A stretch of DNA of 48,336 nucleotides from assembly GCA_017882185.1 (NCBI GenBank), contig JADGQA010000002.1:1-48336 (forward strand), written 5' to 3'. The stretch is from Bacteroidota bacterium. Its GTDB lineage: Bacteria; Bacteroidota; Ignavibacteria; UBA10030. Below the pieces are notes generated by a model, which ran no database searches, was not told the origin of the DNA, and worked only from the letters and a program-made list of their open reading frames with translations. Of this stretch, positions 1 through 8,350 are shown one piece after another (within the stretch, counting starts at the first letter, position 1; the number at the start of each line of letters is the position of its first letter). Position numbers and translations under genes: made by a program.

Positions 1-276
1 AAGGATTGATGCGGCGGGAATAACGATAATCAGAAAAAGGGCTCTGTGCGCCGCCGCATCTGTCCCAGTTGAACTAAGCCGCACGCCCGAAGCCACGACC
101 AGCTGGGCATTTGGGAATTAAAGCTCATTGACCCTTGTTAGATCATCTTGTTAAATCACACATCCACCAACCACAGGATAATTGTACATCGAAAAGACAT
201 TTTTTAGCCTCTACGCTGGGCGCAGAATCAGCGGAAAAAGGTTGAATTGGTAGTTGCAGGCCACCTTAGAAAAATC

Positions 277-3165
277 TTAACGTCGTATCTGTTCGGAAAT
301 CCAGGCGAGGTACAATTCGAGCTTCGCGAGAAAGTTAAGGTAGGCAGTTGACCATTCTGTCGGATTCGAGGGTTGTGTTTTGCCAAGAAGTTCCTGGAAA
401 AGTTTTGAGACTTCCACGGCAATTTTCTGTTTTCCTTGCTCAATGGCGGCTTCAACGTCGGACGAATAGAAAACCCGCAAATTCCTGATATCGTGACGCA
501 CCCGGGCTTCCGGAGACTTCTTCGAAAGGTACGACAGGTCCGTTTTGTTTCCGCCGGATGTTTCATAGATGATCAAATTCCAGCGTTCCATGATTTCTCG
601 AAATTCACGTTCACTCTGACAAAAATCCTGGGGTAATCGGCCTGATGCCTGCATTGTCGTCAACGAAGCACGGAAGAGAAGATCACCACCGATGTATTGG
701 GAAAGAAGGCTCAGGTCCTTTCGAACACCCAGGATCCGGACAACTGCATCGTGCGTTTCACGCTCAATATTGCGACTACCGAGAGCAGGCTTGGACCCTT
801 GTTGTTGTGTGAGCATTTTCATTTTGAATGCGAGTTCTGCGTCTTCCTTTTTCTCGCCAGGCTTCGATTGGACACCAACACTCATTGCCGCTTGAGTTCC
901 TTTTGAGGATTCCGAAAGCAATCCATCAAGCTGATCCCATTCGAGACTGTCAAATTTCTTCACCGCCGCTGCAAACGATGAACGTTGTTCGGCTTCCGCC
1001 TGCAACAGCATAAGGAGGCGTGTGAACAAGCGATCTTTATACAATGCGCGGAAATGATTCATATCTGCTATGACATAAAGGTCTTCTCCCACACTTGAAA
1101 AGATCGTGTTGAACAGCCGGGCAATCTTGTGTTCGCCAATTTTCTTGTCATCGATCTGCTTCATCGTGTAGTCGACACCGGCCATCGTGGTGTCAAAAAT
1201 AATGGCTCGTTTTCGCATGCCCCGGAAGCTCTGAGGAGTTCCCACCTCGATATTGTCCATCCCCAGCATCCGGAGCTGGAGTTTGGTGTAGAGCGTCGGA
1301 CCGGAGAATGGAAGGATGACTCCGATATCATTCGCTTTGCATTGCGATTCAAGGAGGGCATGTTTCACACATTCGATGACCTTTCTTGTGTGGAGCTCAT
1401 TGTACGGAAGAATCTTCTTTCGCCCAACGTATTGTCTGCATGCCGATTTCAACTCACTTGTATCGAGAAAATAGATTGCACCTTTTGCGTTGGGCGGTAC
1501 AAAGACGTTTATTTTGTCATCGAACAGAACCGAAGCTGTAAAGAGCGATAGTTTCTGAGTCGTGGCGAAGTGGGACCCCAATACCATTGCCCACCGGGAA
1601 TTCTGTTCTGTCCAGTCGAACAATTTGTTGAGTTGTTCCGTTTTCGCGACGTGAAGAAAAATGTCTTTATGAAGCCAAGTTTCCGCGAGCGCATTCTTGG
1701 TGAATGATTCCGGTTCCAGCTGAAATGGGTCTCCGGCGATCAGGAATTTTTCCTTTGCGAGCGTCGCGAGTACAGCAAGGGCAGGGAGATAGACTGTTTC
1801 AGCATCATCCACGAGAACGAGATCAAACTGCAATCCTCTCATCCGTGAATCGACGAGAGCCGTCCACACGCTTGTGCAGACAAACTGCTTCCATTTCAAT
1901 TGCGCAGCCTCGTCAACCGTTATGAATTCATTGACAGCCTGTGTGACTCGATCTAGCCCCCCTAGTTCCTCTATGCGGCTCATGGCGAGACGGTATTCCT
2001 TCATTTCGTCAGCCGCGATTGGAGCATTTGATTCGACAAGGGTTATTTCATTACCAAGGGATTGTTGCAGTGTGAGAAGTCGTTTGTGTGCCTGCTGCTT
2101 TTCGGCGTAGTGTTTTTGGGCAAGAGTCAATTCTTCCTTGGAAAACCCCTTTTTCATTTTCTCGAGAACCGATTCCGACTGATGCTTTTGAATGGTTTCC
2201 CGGATACTTTCCGATTCCTTGCCCGTCTGATCACTTTGCCTTCTGAGATCATTCAACCGCTCGCGCATCCCCTGGACCTTCGCGTAGAAGTCTTCGTTCA
2301 GACTCTGTTTAACTTTAACTGACCAGTATTTCTGCAACAGCTGAACGCGTTCGTGAAAAATCTTTCTTTTGTCATTTCTGAGCGACGCGATTTGCTGCTC
2401 GAACGAATATTGGCTAATCTGCGCTGCATACGATGGTGAAGGGAATCCAACGCGGGCAGCAGACTTTGACAGGTCTACGCCAAGCTTTTGGCCTATCTCG
2501 ACCGTCTTGAGGAGTGTCGCATCAACGTGATCATTCGCATTTGCCACAAACAGTACTCGTTTTCCGGCTTTGATATAGTTTGCCGCAAGAAGAGCCAGGA
2601 CGTGAGTTTTGCCTGTGAGAATTGGGCCCCATAGTACAGAGACCCTGTTTTGAAGAATTTTTGTCACTACCTCTGATTGGTTTTGGGGAGTCTGTGGAAT
2701 AAATTGGGGTTCAAATGAGGCGACGTTTCTGTTCGATTCATCCGCGGGATTGAAGAGAAGCGATGCCATGAATGATGCGCTCGCGTCAGATGGAACCGTC
2801 TCCAACATCGGCTGAATATGTTCCTCGTAACTCCAAGTGCATTTTGATTCAGGCAGAAAGGGTCCAAAGTCTGTTGGGAGAGCCACCGTCATGAACTGAT
2901 TTTCAACGGTAATAATTCTACCTTTGACAACTACCGGTTGCGACTGGCCGATGGAGAACGTTGCCAGTTCGATCGTTTGCAAGAATAGATCTTCAGGAAT
3001 CTCAAAACGGTAATAGAAATGGTCTGCAAAAGAACCAACGGAGACTCCATCGGACAGCATTATCTCCCGCCGCATTGTTTTGAGCTGATCAAGCTCGTAT
3101 TGCAGTGCCTTTCGTAACGCAGAGAATACCGACTCGGATTGTATTTCTTCCGTTTGTTCAGCCAT
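277..3165 (-). CDS. Superfamily-1 helicase (Upf1/DNA2-like, AAA_11/AAA_12 type), 962 aa, with a long coiled-coil insertion and a ~270-aa C-terminal extension
   Basis: Walker A is GPILTGKTH. Motif II is LVLVDDAE, followed by GDPFQLEP. A late core motif TPQSFRGMRKRAIIFD resembles TVDxFQGxExDvII. A K/E/Q-rich, heptad-like segment of ~150 aa lies between motifs I and II. ATG start at 3165. Confidence 0.75.
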   Translation of the reverse strand: MAEQTEEIQSESVFSALRKALQYELDQLKTMRREIMLSDGVSVGSFADHFYYRFEIPEDLFLQTIELATFSIGQSQPVVVKGRIITVENQFMTVALPTDFGPFLPESKCTWSYEEHIQPMLETVPSDASASFMASLLFNPADESNRNVASFEPQFIPQTPQNQSEVVTKILQNRVSVLWGPILTGKTHVLALLAANYIKAGKRVLFVANANDHVDATLLKTVEIGQKLGVDLSKSAARVGFPSPSYAAQISQYSFEQQIASLRNDKRKIFHERVQLLQKYWSVKVKQSLNEDFYAKVQGMRERLNDLRRQSDQTGKESESIRETIQKHQSESVLEKMKKGFSKEELTLAQKHYAEKQQAHKRLLTLQQSLGNEITLVESNAPIAADEMKEYRLAMSRIEELGGLDRVTQAVNEFITVDEAAQLKWKQFVCTSVWTALVDSRMRGLQFDLVLVDDAETVYLPALAVLATLAKEKFLIAGDPFQLEPESFTKNALAETWLHKDIFLHVAKTEQLNKLFDWTEQNSRWAMVLGSHFATTQKLSLFTASVLFDDKINVFVPPNAKGAIYFLDTSELKSACRQYVGRKKILPYNELHTRKVIECVKHALLESQCKANDIGVILPFSGPTLYTKLQLRMLGMDNIEVGTPQSFRGMRKRAIIFDTTMAGVDYTMKQIDDKKIGEHKIARLFNTIFSSVGEDLYVIADMNHFRALYKDRLFTRLLMLLQAEAEQRSSFAAAVKKFDSLEWDQLDGLLSESSKGTQAAMSVGVQSKPGEKKEDAELAFKMKMLTQQQGSKPALGSRNIERETHDAVVRILGVRKDLSLLSQYIGGDLLFRASLTTMQASGRLPQDFCQSEREFREIMERWNLIIYETSGGNKTDLSYLSKKSPEARVRHDIRNLRVFYSSDVEAAIEQGKQKIAVEVSKLFQELLGKTQPSNPTEWSTAYLNFLAKLELYLAWISEQIRR

Positions 3166-3388
3166 GCTTCAAGGGGATTGGAGGTGGTCGGTGGAAGACC
3201 GTGTTCATTTCGGAAAACAGGAGCACAGTTGCAGTGTACAAGGTTCCACTAAAGTAGGAGAAATATCAACAAAGTCAAGAATTGTGGAATTATGGGGAAG
3301 GGGTGGAGAAAACAAAAATCCCCATCTCTCAGAACGCCTATTGACGTCGAGATTTACAGGGGTTCGAATAGTCGATGATCAAATCAAT

Positions 3389-3562
3389 CTACGGCTTGTC
3401 CGGTAACTCAACAAATGCATCGCCGAACAGGTCATCAGCCACTGTCGATGAGTCAAAGAATTCGCGGAATTCTGTCCCTTCGAGTTTCTTCTTTCTCAAG
3501 TAGATGAGTAATGCCGAGATCGAAACACCCGCAAGCAAACCAAGTACAATGTATTTTTTCAT
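3389..3562 (-). CDS. Possible small single-pass membrane protein (57 aa; below the ORF-track cutoff)
   Basis: My own translation is MKKYIVLGLLAGVSISALLIYLRKKKLEGTEFREFFDSSTVADDLFGDAFVELPDKP. It has a hydrophobic N-terminal helix followed by a basic patch. A GGGGAAG Shine-Dalgarno-like sequence lies just upstream of the ATG. Confidence 0.3.
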   Translation of the reverse strand: MKKYIVLGLLAGVSISALLIYLRKKKLEGTEFREFFDSSTVADDLFGDAFVELPDKP

Positions 3563-3852
3563 ACTTCCCCTGAATCAAAAAAATCCGCATTGCGAAATAA
3601 ACAGATCATGCTCGCCTTCAATATAGCAATTACAGAGGATACTTTGGTAAAGAGTTGCATTAAAAAACTTCAATCTATGCGATACGGAGAGTAGTACCGA
3701 CCTGCAAATGCTATCTCTGAAATTCTCCTTCTCATTTTTAACGATCAACGAATCATGCACAGTTGTCGACTGCTGCCTTTCGACACTCTCTCAGCAATTC
3801 TCATCCTTGAATTGCAGCTGAAGCAGTCTCGTGCCGACCTGTCACGATCTGG

Positions 3853-4062
3853 TCAGGCTGCGGGAGTCTTCGGTTCACCCTCTTCAGTCATCTTTGCTTT
3901 GATTTCCTGAACCTCATTCCGAATCTCCTGCGCTTTCCTTTTCAAGTCTGCCATATGTTTGCGAAGACGAACGCCGGCAGATTTGTTCTTCTTCTGATAA
4001 AACTTGTCAAAATCGACTTTATAAGTCTGGATCAAATCAACAAGCTCCTGAAACCTGTCCAT
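3853..4062 (-). CDS. Histone H1-like nucleoid protein (Hc1 family)
   Basis: The 69-aa basic protein contains KFYQKKNKSAGVRLRKHMADLKRKAQEIRNE, matching the FY-x-KGN-x-AG-x-RLRK pattern of bacterial Hc1/histone H1-like proteins. An AAGGA RBS lies upstream. Confidence 0.8.
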   Translation of the reverse strand: MDRFQELVDLIQTYKVDFDKFYQKKNKSAGVRLRKHMADLKRKAQEIRNEVQEIKAKMTEEGEPKTPAA

Positions 4063-4431
4063 AACTATCCTTTCTCGTTGTTGTGTGAAGAATGATGTCG
4101 ATCCGCCTCGCGGTTGAACTCGACCATCGTCTCAGCAAGGATCCAAGATCTCCTAGCAATGAACTTTGAACCGCCCAGCCAAATTATTGAGCGGCCCTAG
4201 ATACTCTGTTGTTGGGTTCTCGAATGCCGCAATTCTCACAAACATACAAATGTCAGTGGGCTATACCAACGGCGTTAATGTTTTTCTTTATCGGTTTTGG
4301 CTCAATTCGTTTGGCAGTAAGATCACTTAATGCGAAAACCCTAAAATGCCAGAAAAACGATAAGTGACCAGTCGATGGCTATTTCTTACAAAAATATAAG
4401 TATTTCAGGAACAAAAGAAAAGCGAAATCAT

Positions 4432-5187
4432 TCAAAAAAGGACACTTCCTCCATTCACCGCAATTGTCGCCCCTATGATGTGCTTTGAAAGATCTGAAGC
4501 AAGAAAGAGAACAGAACCGACGATATCAGCGGGGGTGCCCACTTTTCCACGTGGAATTGCTTTGTCGATTTCAGGTCGAATTGATGGATCCTTCAATACC
4601 TTTTCTGTCATTTCCGTCTCAACCCAGCCTGGCGATACTGTGTTGACATTTATGTTGAATGGCGCAAGCTCCACAGCGATTGATTTTGTAAAGGCGATCA
4701 CTCCACCTTTCGACGCGGCGTAGTGTGAATGGAATGGCTCTCCTCTCTGGCCTGCAGTGCTTGAAATATTGATAATTTTGCCGCTTTTCTGCTTCTTCAT
4801 CAATGAGGCAACTCCATTGCAAAAGAAGAATGTCCCCTTCAGGTTAATATCGATGGTTTCGTCCCATTGGCGCTCAGTCATGCTTCCAATTTCACCAGAT
4901 TTCCAGATTCCCGCATTGTTGACGAGAACATCAATTTTATTGTACACTCCAATCACTTTCATTATGGCCTTCTTAACGTCTCGATGTCTTTCCACTCTTG
5001 CCTTCACAACGAGACATTCTCCATTCCTATGAGTGATTTCGTTCGCGCAGTCTTTTGCTGATTGTCTGTCAGATCTATAAGTGATGGCGACTCTTGCTCC
5101 AGCTTCAGCAAATCCTTTTGCCACAGCGGCGCCGATTCCCTTGGATCCCCCTGTCACGAGCACAACTTTGCCCTTCAAGTGTTCCAT
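4432..5187 (-). CDS. Short-chain dehydrogenase/reductase (FabG-like 3-oxoacyl-ACP reductase family)
   Basis: TGGSKGIGAA is the Rossmann motif. NNAG is present. The catalytic triad context is S...YAASKGG. Length is 251 aa. Confidence 0.85.
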   Translation of the reverse strand: MEHLKGKVVLVTGGSKGIGAAVAKGFAEAGARVAITYRSDRQSAKDCANEITHRNGECLVVKARVERHRDVKKAIMKVIGVYNKIDVLVNNAGIWKSGEIGSMTERQWDETIDINLKGTFFFCNGVASLMKKQKSGKIINISSTAGQRGEPFHSHYAASKGGVIAFTKSIAVELAPFNINVNTVSPGWVETEMTEKVLKDPSIRPEIDKAIPRGKVGTPADIVGSVLFLASDLSKHIIGATIAVNGGSVLF

Positions 5188-5255
5188 AATAGTATCATCC
5201 TTTCGACTTTGATACGCGCAATTTGCTTCTTTTTCCTAGAATTTCAACTTTCTTC

Positions 5256-5284
5256 TTGACTATATATGTTAATAGGACTAAATT
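5256..5284 (+). promoter_or_regulatory. Candidate sigma70-type promoter (TTGACT-17nt-TAAATT) facing feoAB
   Basis: The hexamers and 17-nt spacing were read directly from the sequence. The site lies ~320 nt upstream of feoA, so the assignment to feoAB is uncertain. Confidence 0.3.
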
Positions 5285-5604
5285 GGTCTTATATCAATTC
5301 AGAGTTTGTTATCTTAAAACAGATTATGACTCATCTCCCGGTTAATCGTAACGTACTGTCGTTGTCCAATGATGCATTTGATATCCAAGACACCCGCAGG
5401 TTTTCAGATCTGTGAAAGAACCAGAATTCATGAACAGACCTCTTCTGCCAGAACCAGCTCTATTCAATGCACGATTGGATCTGCTGGTCAATTCCTGTTC
5501 TCACCTCTTCAGGTAAGCACTCCTCAGATTGTTCGCAGATCGCCCCGTAAACAGTTGTTGCGGAATTGGGGAACTATGAAGAGTCCATTTCTTGGACTTT
5601 TCCG

Positions 5605-5847
5605 ATGAATGAAGTAGGGCTGAACACACTCATCCCGGGTGAACGTGGGATTGTGGGGAAACTCGCGACTCCTTCATTCGAGGTTCGACAAAGACTTCTG
5701 GAAATGGGGTTGACGAAGGGAATTACTATCAAGGTTATACGGGTGGCTCCCCTTGGAGATCCGATCGAAATTGAGTTGAGAGGCTATCGTCTTTCGCTTC
5801 GTAGGAAGGAAGCGGAAGCTGTGATGATCCAAACGTCAAAATCCTAA
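5605..5847 (+). CDS. feoA: Ferrous iron transport protein A (FeoA)
   Basis: The FeoA/SH3-like pattern is LIPGERGIVGKL...RLLEMGLTKGITIKVIRVAPLGDPIEIELRGYRLSLRRKEAEAVMI. I prefer the ATG at 5605 over the TTG at 5566 used by the ORF track. The stop overlaps the feoB start (TAATG). Confidence 0.85.
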   Translation: MNEVGLNTLIPGERGIVGKLATPSFEVRQRLLEMGLTKGITIKVIRVAPLGDPIEIELRGYRLSLRRKEAEAVMIQTSKS

Positions 5848-7955
5848 TGTTTCGAGATACCGTCGATATAAAAGTCAATCGTATAGCCATCATCGGCAAT
5901 CCCAATTCGGGCAAGACGGCACTATTCAATGCGCTCACGGGAATGCGCCAGAAGGTCGCAAACTATCCCGGCGTAACGGTGGAAAAAAAAGAAGGGAAAG
6001 TAGTCCTGGATGACGGAAAGGATATTGTTTTGCTCGACCTTCCCGGAGCATACAGTCTCACTCCCCACTCGCCCGATGAAAAAATTGCTACTGATGTTCT
6101 CCTCGGTCGGCTTGACCATACCCCACCGCCTGATATGGTGATTTGTGTTGTCGATGCAAGCAATCTCGAACGCAATTTATATTTGATCAGCCAAATTATC
6201 GACTGCGGAATACCCATCGTCGTTGCGTTGAATATGGTCGATGTTGCTGAACAAGACGGTATTTTAGTTGACCCTGAAAAACTTGCGTCCCTGCTTGGGG
6301 TCAAAGTCATTCCAACGGTTGCCACAAAGGGAAAAGGAATCCGCGAACTGAAGCAGGCAATCGCAGAAAGAGTCATGCCATCGTTGAAATCACAGCAATG
6401 GGCACTGGCCGAGCCGATGCAATCCGAGCTTAACGAGCTCAAGGGTCTGTTATTGAACCGTCAGAAGCTGTCGGAATCGGAGGCATTTCACGAATCTATC
6501 CAACTCCTTTCGTCACCCAACGTGTTGGAGGAACACCGGGGAAGGTTTGACCCTGAGATTTTGGCCCACGTCCAGCAAGATCACCGACGGTTGGACGCGA
6601 TTGGCATCGATCGCCTTTCATCAATCGTGGAAGCCCGTTATGATTGGATTCAACGTGTGTGCGAGATTGCTGTAGAGAAATCGCCGCGGATGGTTGTTAG
6701 CGTAACCGACAAGATCGACAAAATTCTGACGCACAAGATCTGGGGGTTTGTCATTTTCCTCTCTTTGATGACCCTAATGTTCCAGGCAATCTTCACGTGG
6801 GCAACTGCACCGATGGACTTGATCAGCCAAGGGTTCAACGCTTTAGGAAACATGGTTGCATCCATCATGCCGCCCGGCGACCTTCGGGACCTCATCATTA
6901 ACGGTGCTCTCGCAGGTGTCGGAGCGGTTGTCACGTTTCTTCCCCAAATTATCTTTCTGTTTCTGTACATAGGAATATTGGAGGACACCGGATACATGGC
7001 AAGAGCAGCATTTATCATGGATCGCGTAATGAGCAAGGTCGGTCTCCACGGAAAATCATTCATTCCGATGTTGAGTTCCTTCGCGTGCGCAATTCCCGGT
7101 ATTATGGCTACTCGTACCATCGAGAGCAAGAAAGATCGGCTCGTGACGATTCTCGTCGCTCCCTTGGTGAGCTGCAGTGCCCGTCTGCCAATTTATGTCC
7201 TCATGATCGGCGCATTCATTCCGTCAAAGACTGTCTTGGGAATTCTCAATCTGGCGGGGCTGACCCTTGTGTCTATGTATCTTCTCGGCTTGATTGCCGC
7301 CCTTGGGAGTGCCTGGTTATTCAAAAAGACGCTACTCAAGAGTGAGACACCGACGTTTATCATGGAGCTTCCACCGTACAAAATGCCTTCGATGAGATCC
7401 GTGATTCTCCAGATGTGGAATCGATCAATGCAGTTTCTCAAGCGTGCCGGGACGATTATTCTCGGCGTTTCGATCATTCTCTGGTTCCTGGCAACCTACC
7501 CAAAGCTTGGACACGGCACCCCATCCGATCAGCTCAAACACAGCTTCGCAGGCCAAGCCGGTCGCCTCATGGAACCGCTCATCAAGCCGCTTGGTTTTGA
7601 CTGGAAAATTGGTCTGGGCCTTGTCGGATCATTGCTGCAGCGAGAAGTATTTGTAAGCACCATGGGGACAATTTACGGTATCAAAGATGCCAACGGGTCA
7701 CCTGGTAATGCTACGCTCCGCGAACGATTGCAGCAGGACGTCGATCCGGTCACCGGTCGTCACACGTTTACTACGTTGACAGCTATTTGCCTTATGATTT
7801 ACTATGTGCTGGCCATGCAGTGTATGTCGACCGTAGCCATCGTCAGAAGAGAAACAAACGGATGGAAATGGCCCGCGTTTCAATTTGCATATATGACCGG
7901 TCTCGCGTATGCCGTGACATTCGTCGTTTATCACGTGGGTCAATTGATTAGTTAG
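5847..7955 (+). CDS. feoB: Ferrous iron transporter FeoB (N-terminal GTPase plus membrane permease)
   Basis: The G1 motif is GNPNSGKT and G3 is DLPG. The G4-like motif is NMVD. A long polytopic membrane domain follows. Length is 702 aa, immediately downstream of feoA. Confidence 0.95.
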   Translation: MFRDTVDIKVNRIAIIGNPNSGKTALFNALTGMRQKVANYPGVTVEKKEGKVVLDDGKDIVLLDLPGAYSLTPHSPDEKIATDVLLGRLDHTPPPDMVICVVDASNLERNLYLISQIIDCGIPIVVALNMVDVAEQDGILVDPEKLASLLGVKVIPTVATKGKGIRELKQAIAERVMPSLKSQQWALAEPMQSELNELKGLLLNRQKLSESEAFHESIQLLSSPNVLEEHRGRFDPEILAHVQQDHRRLDAIGIDRLSSIVEARYDWIQRVCEIAVEKSPRMVVSVTDKIDKILTHKIWGFVIFLSLMTLMFQAIFTWATAPMDLISQGFNALGNMVASIMPPGDLRDLIINGALAGVGAVVTFLPQIIFLFLYIGILEDTGYMARAAFIMDRVMSKVGLHGKSFIPMLSSFACAIPGIMATRTIESKKDRLVTILVAPLVSCSARLPIYVLMIGAFIPSKTVLGILNLAGLTLVSMYLLGLIAALGSAWLFKKTLLKSETPTFIMELPPYKMPSMRSVILQMWNRSMQFLKRAGTIILGVSIILWFLATYPKLGHGTPSDQLKHSFAGQAGRLMEPLIKPLGFDWKIGLGLVGSLLQREVFVSTMGTIYGIKDANGSPGNATLRERLQQDVDPVTGRHTFTTLTAICLMIYYVLAMQCMSTVAIVRRETNGWKWPAFQFAYMTGLAYAVTFVVYHVGQLIS

Positions 7956-7965
7956 CGGGTCTCGG

Positions 7966-8187
7966 ATGAACTGGCAACAAATCTTATCTCTCGGTATCGT
8001 GGCAATCACTGCTATTCTGCTCGTGCGATCATATGTCAGAAAAAAAAATCGCTCAGCCTTTGGCTTTTGCGAGGACGAATGTGGGTGTTCCACGTCCGAC
8101 CTAGTGAAGAAAATTCCTACGGATCGGCTCAGAAAGCTTAAGAAACAACAGAGACATCGTGCATCGATGAACGAAAACCGGTCGTAA
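7966..8187 (+). CDS. FeoB-associated Cys-rich small membrane protein with a basic C-terminal tail
   Basis: An N-terminal TM helix (ILSLGIVAITAILLV) is followed by CEDECGC. The gene starts 10 nt after the feoB stop. The family assignment is from memory of the FeoB-associated Cys-rich peptide pattern. Confidence 0.55.
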   Translation: MNWQQILSLGIVAITAILLVRSYVRKKNRSAFGFCEDECGCSTSDLVKKIPTDRLRKLKKQQRHRASMNENRS

Positions 8188-8255
8188 GAATCTATCGCGC
8201 AACGCGACCAATCGCTGGCCAATCCCATCGCATTATTTTCTCATTCCAACATTCC

Positions 8256-8284
8256 TTGACAATTCCTGCATTCAGCACTATCTT
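8256..8284 (+). promoter_or_regulatory. Candidate sigma70-type promoter for lon (TTGACA-17nt-TATCTT)
   Basis: The hexamers and spacing were read directly. The site lies ~67 nt upstream of the lon ATG. Confidence 0.4.
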
Positions 8285-8350
8285 TAGAAGAATGAGATGG
8301 GTGCCACTCTTCGGGAGTAGCTCCCACTTTTTGTCTTAGAGACCATCCGA

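Noticed and set aside
7-60. A perfect 10-bp inverted repeat (GATGCGGCGG ... CCGCCGCATC) downstream of the helicase gene.
   Set aside because: The loop is 34 nt and there is no U-tract on either strand. The repeat lies ~220 nt from the helicase stop. It is not a convincing terminator, and its context is cut by the window edge.
2-121. An open frame of 39 codons entering from the left edge on the plus strand, possibly the 3' end of an upstream gene.
   Set aside because: The length is not significant by chance, there is no recognisable motif, and it cannot be evaluated without upstream sequence.
5188-5604. A Fur box upstream of feoA, and the 79-aa ORF at 5369..5608.
   Set aside because: No 19-bp GATAATGATAATCATTATC-like palindrome is present; the best segment matches at too few positions. 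The ORF has odd composition and overlaps the feoA start region.
7698-8228. A 176-aa minus-strand ORF.
   Set aside because: It overlaps the 3' end of feoB and the whole FeoB-associated small gene in antisense. Its composition is Cys/Arg/Ser-rich and unlike a real protein.
8262-8350. A CIRCE (HrcA) operator or RNA thermometer in the lon leader.
   Set aside because: TCAGCACTA resembles the left CIRCE half-site, but there is no matching right half-site 9 nt away. The GGGAG-tag-CTCCC hairpin followed by ACTTTTT has only 5 bp, too weak to call an attenuator.
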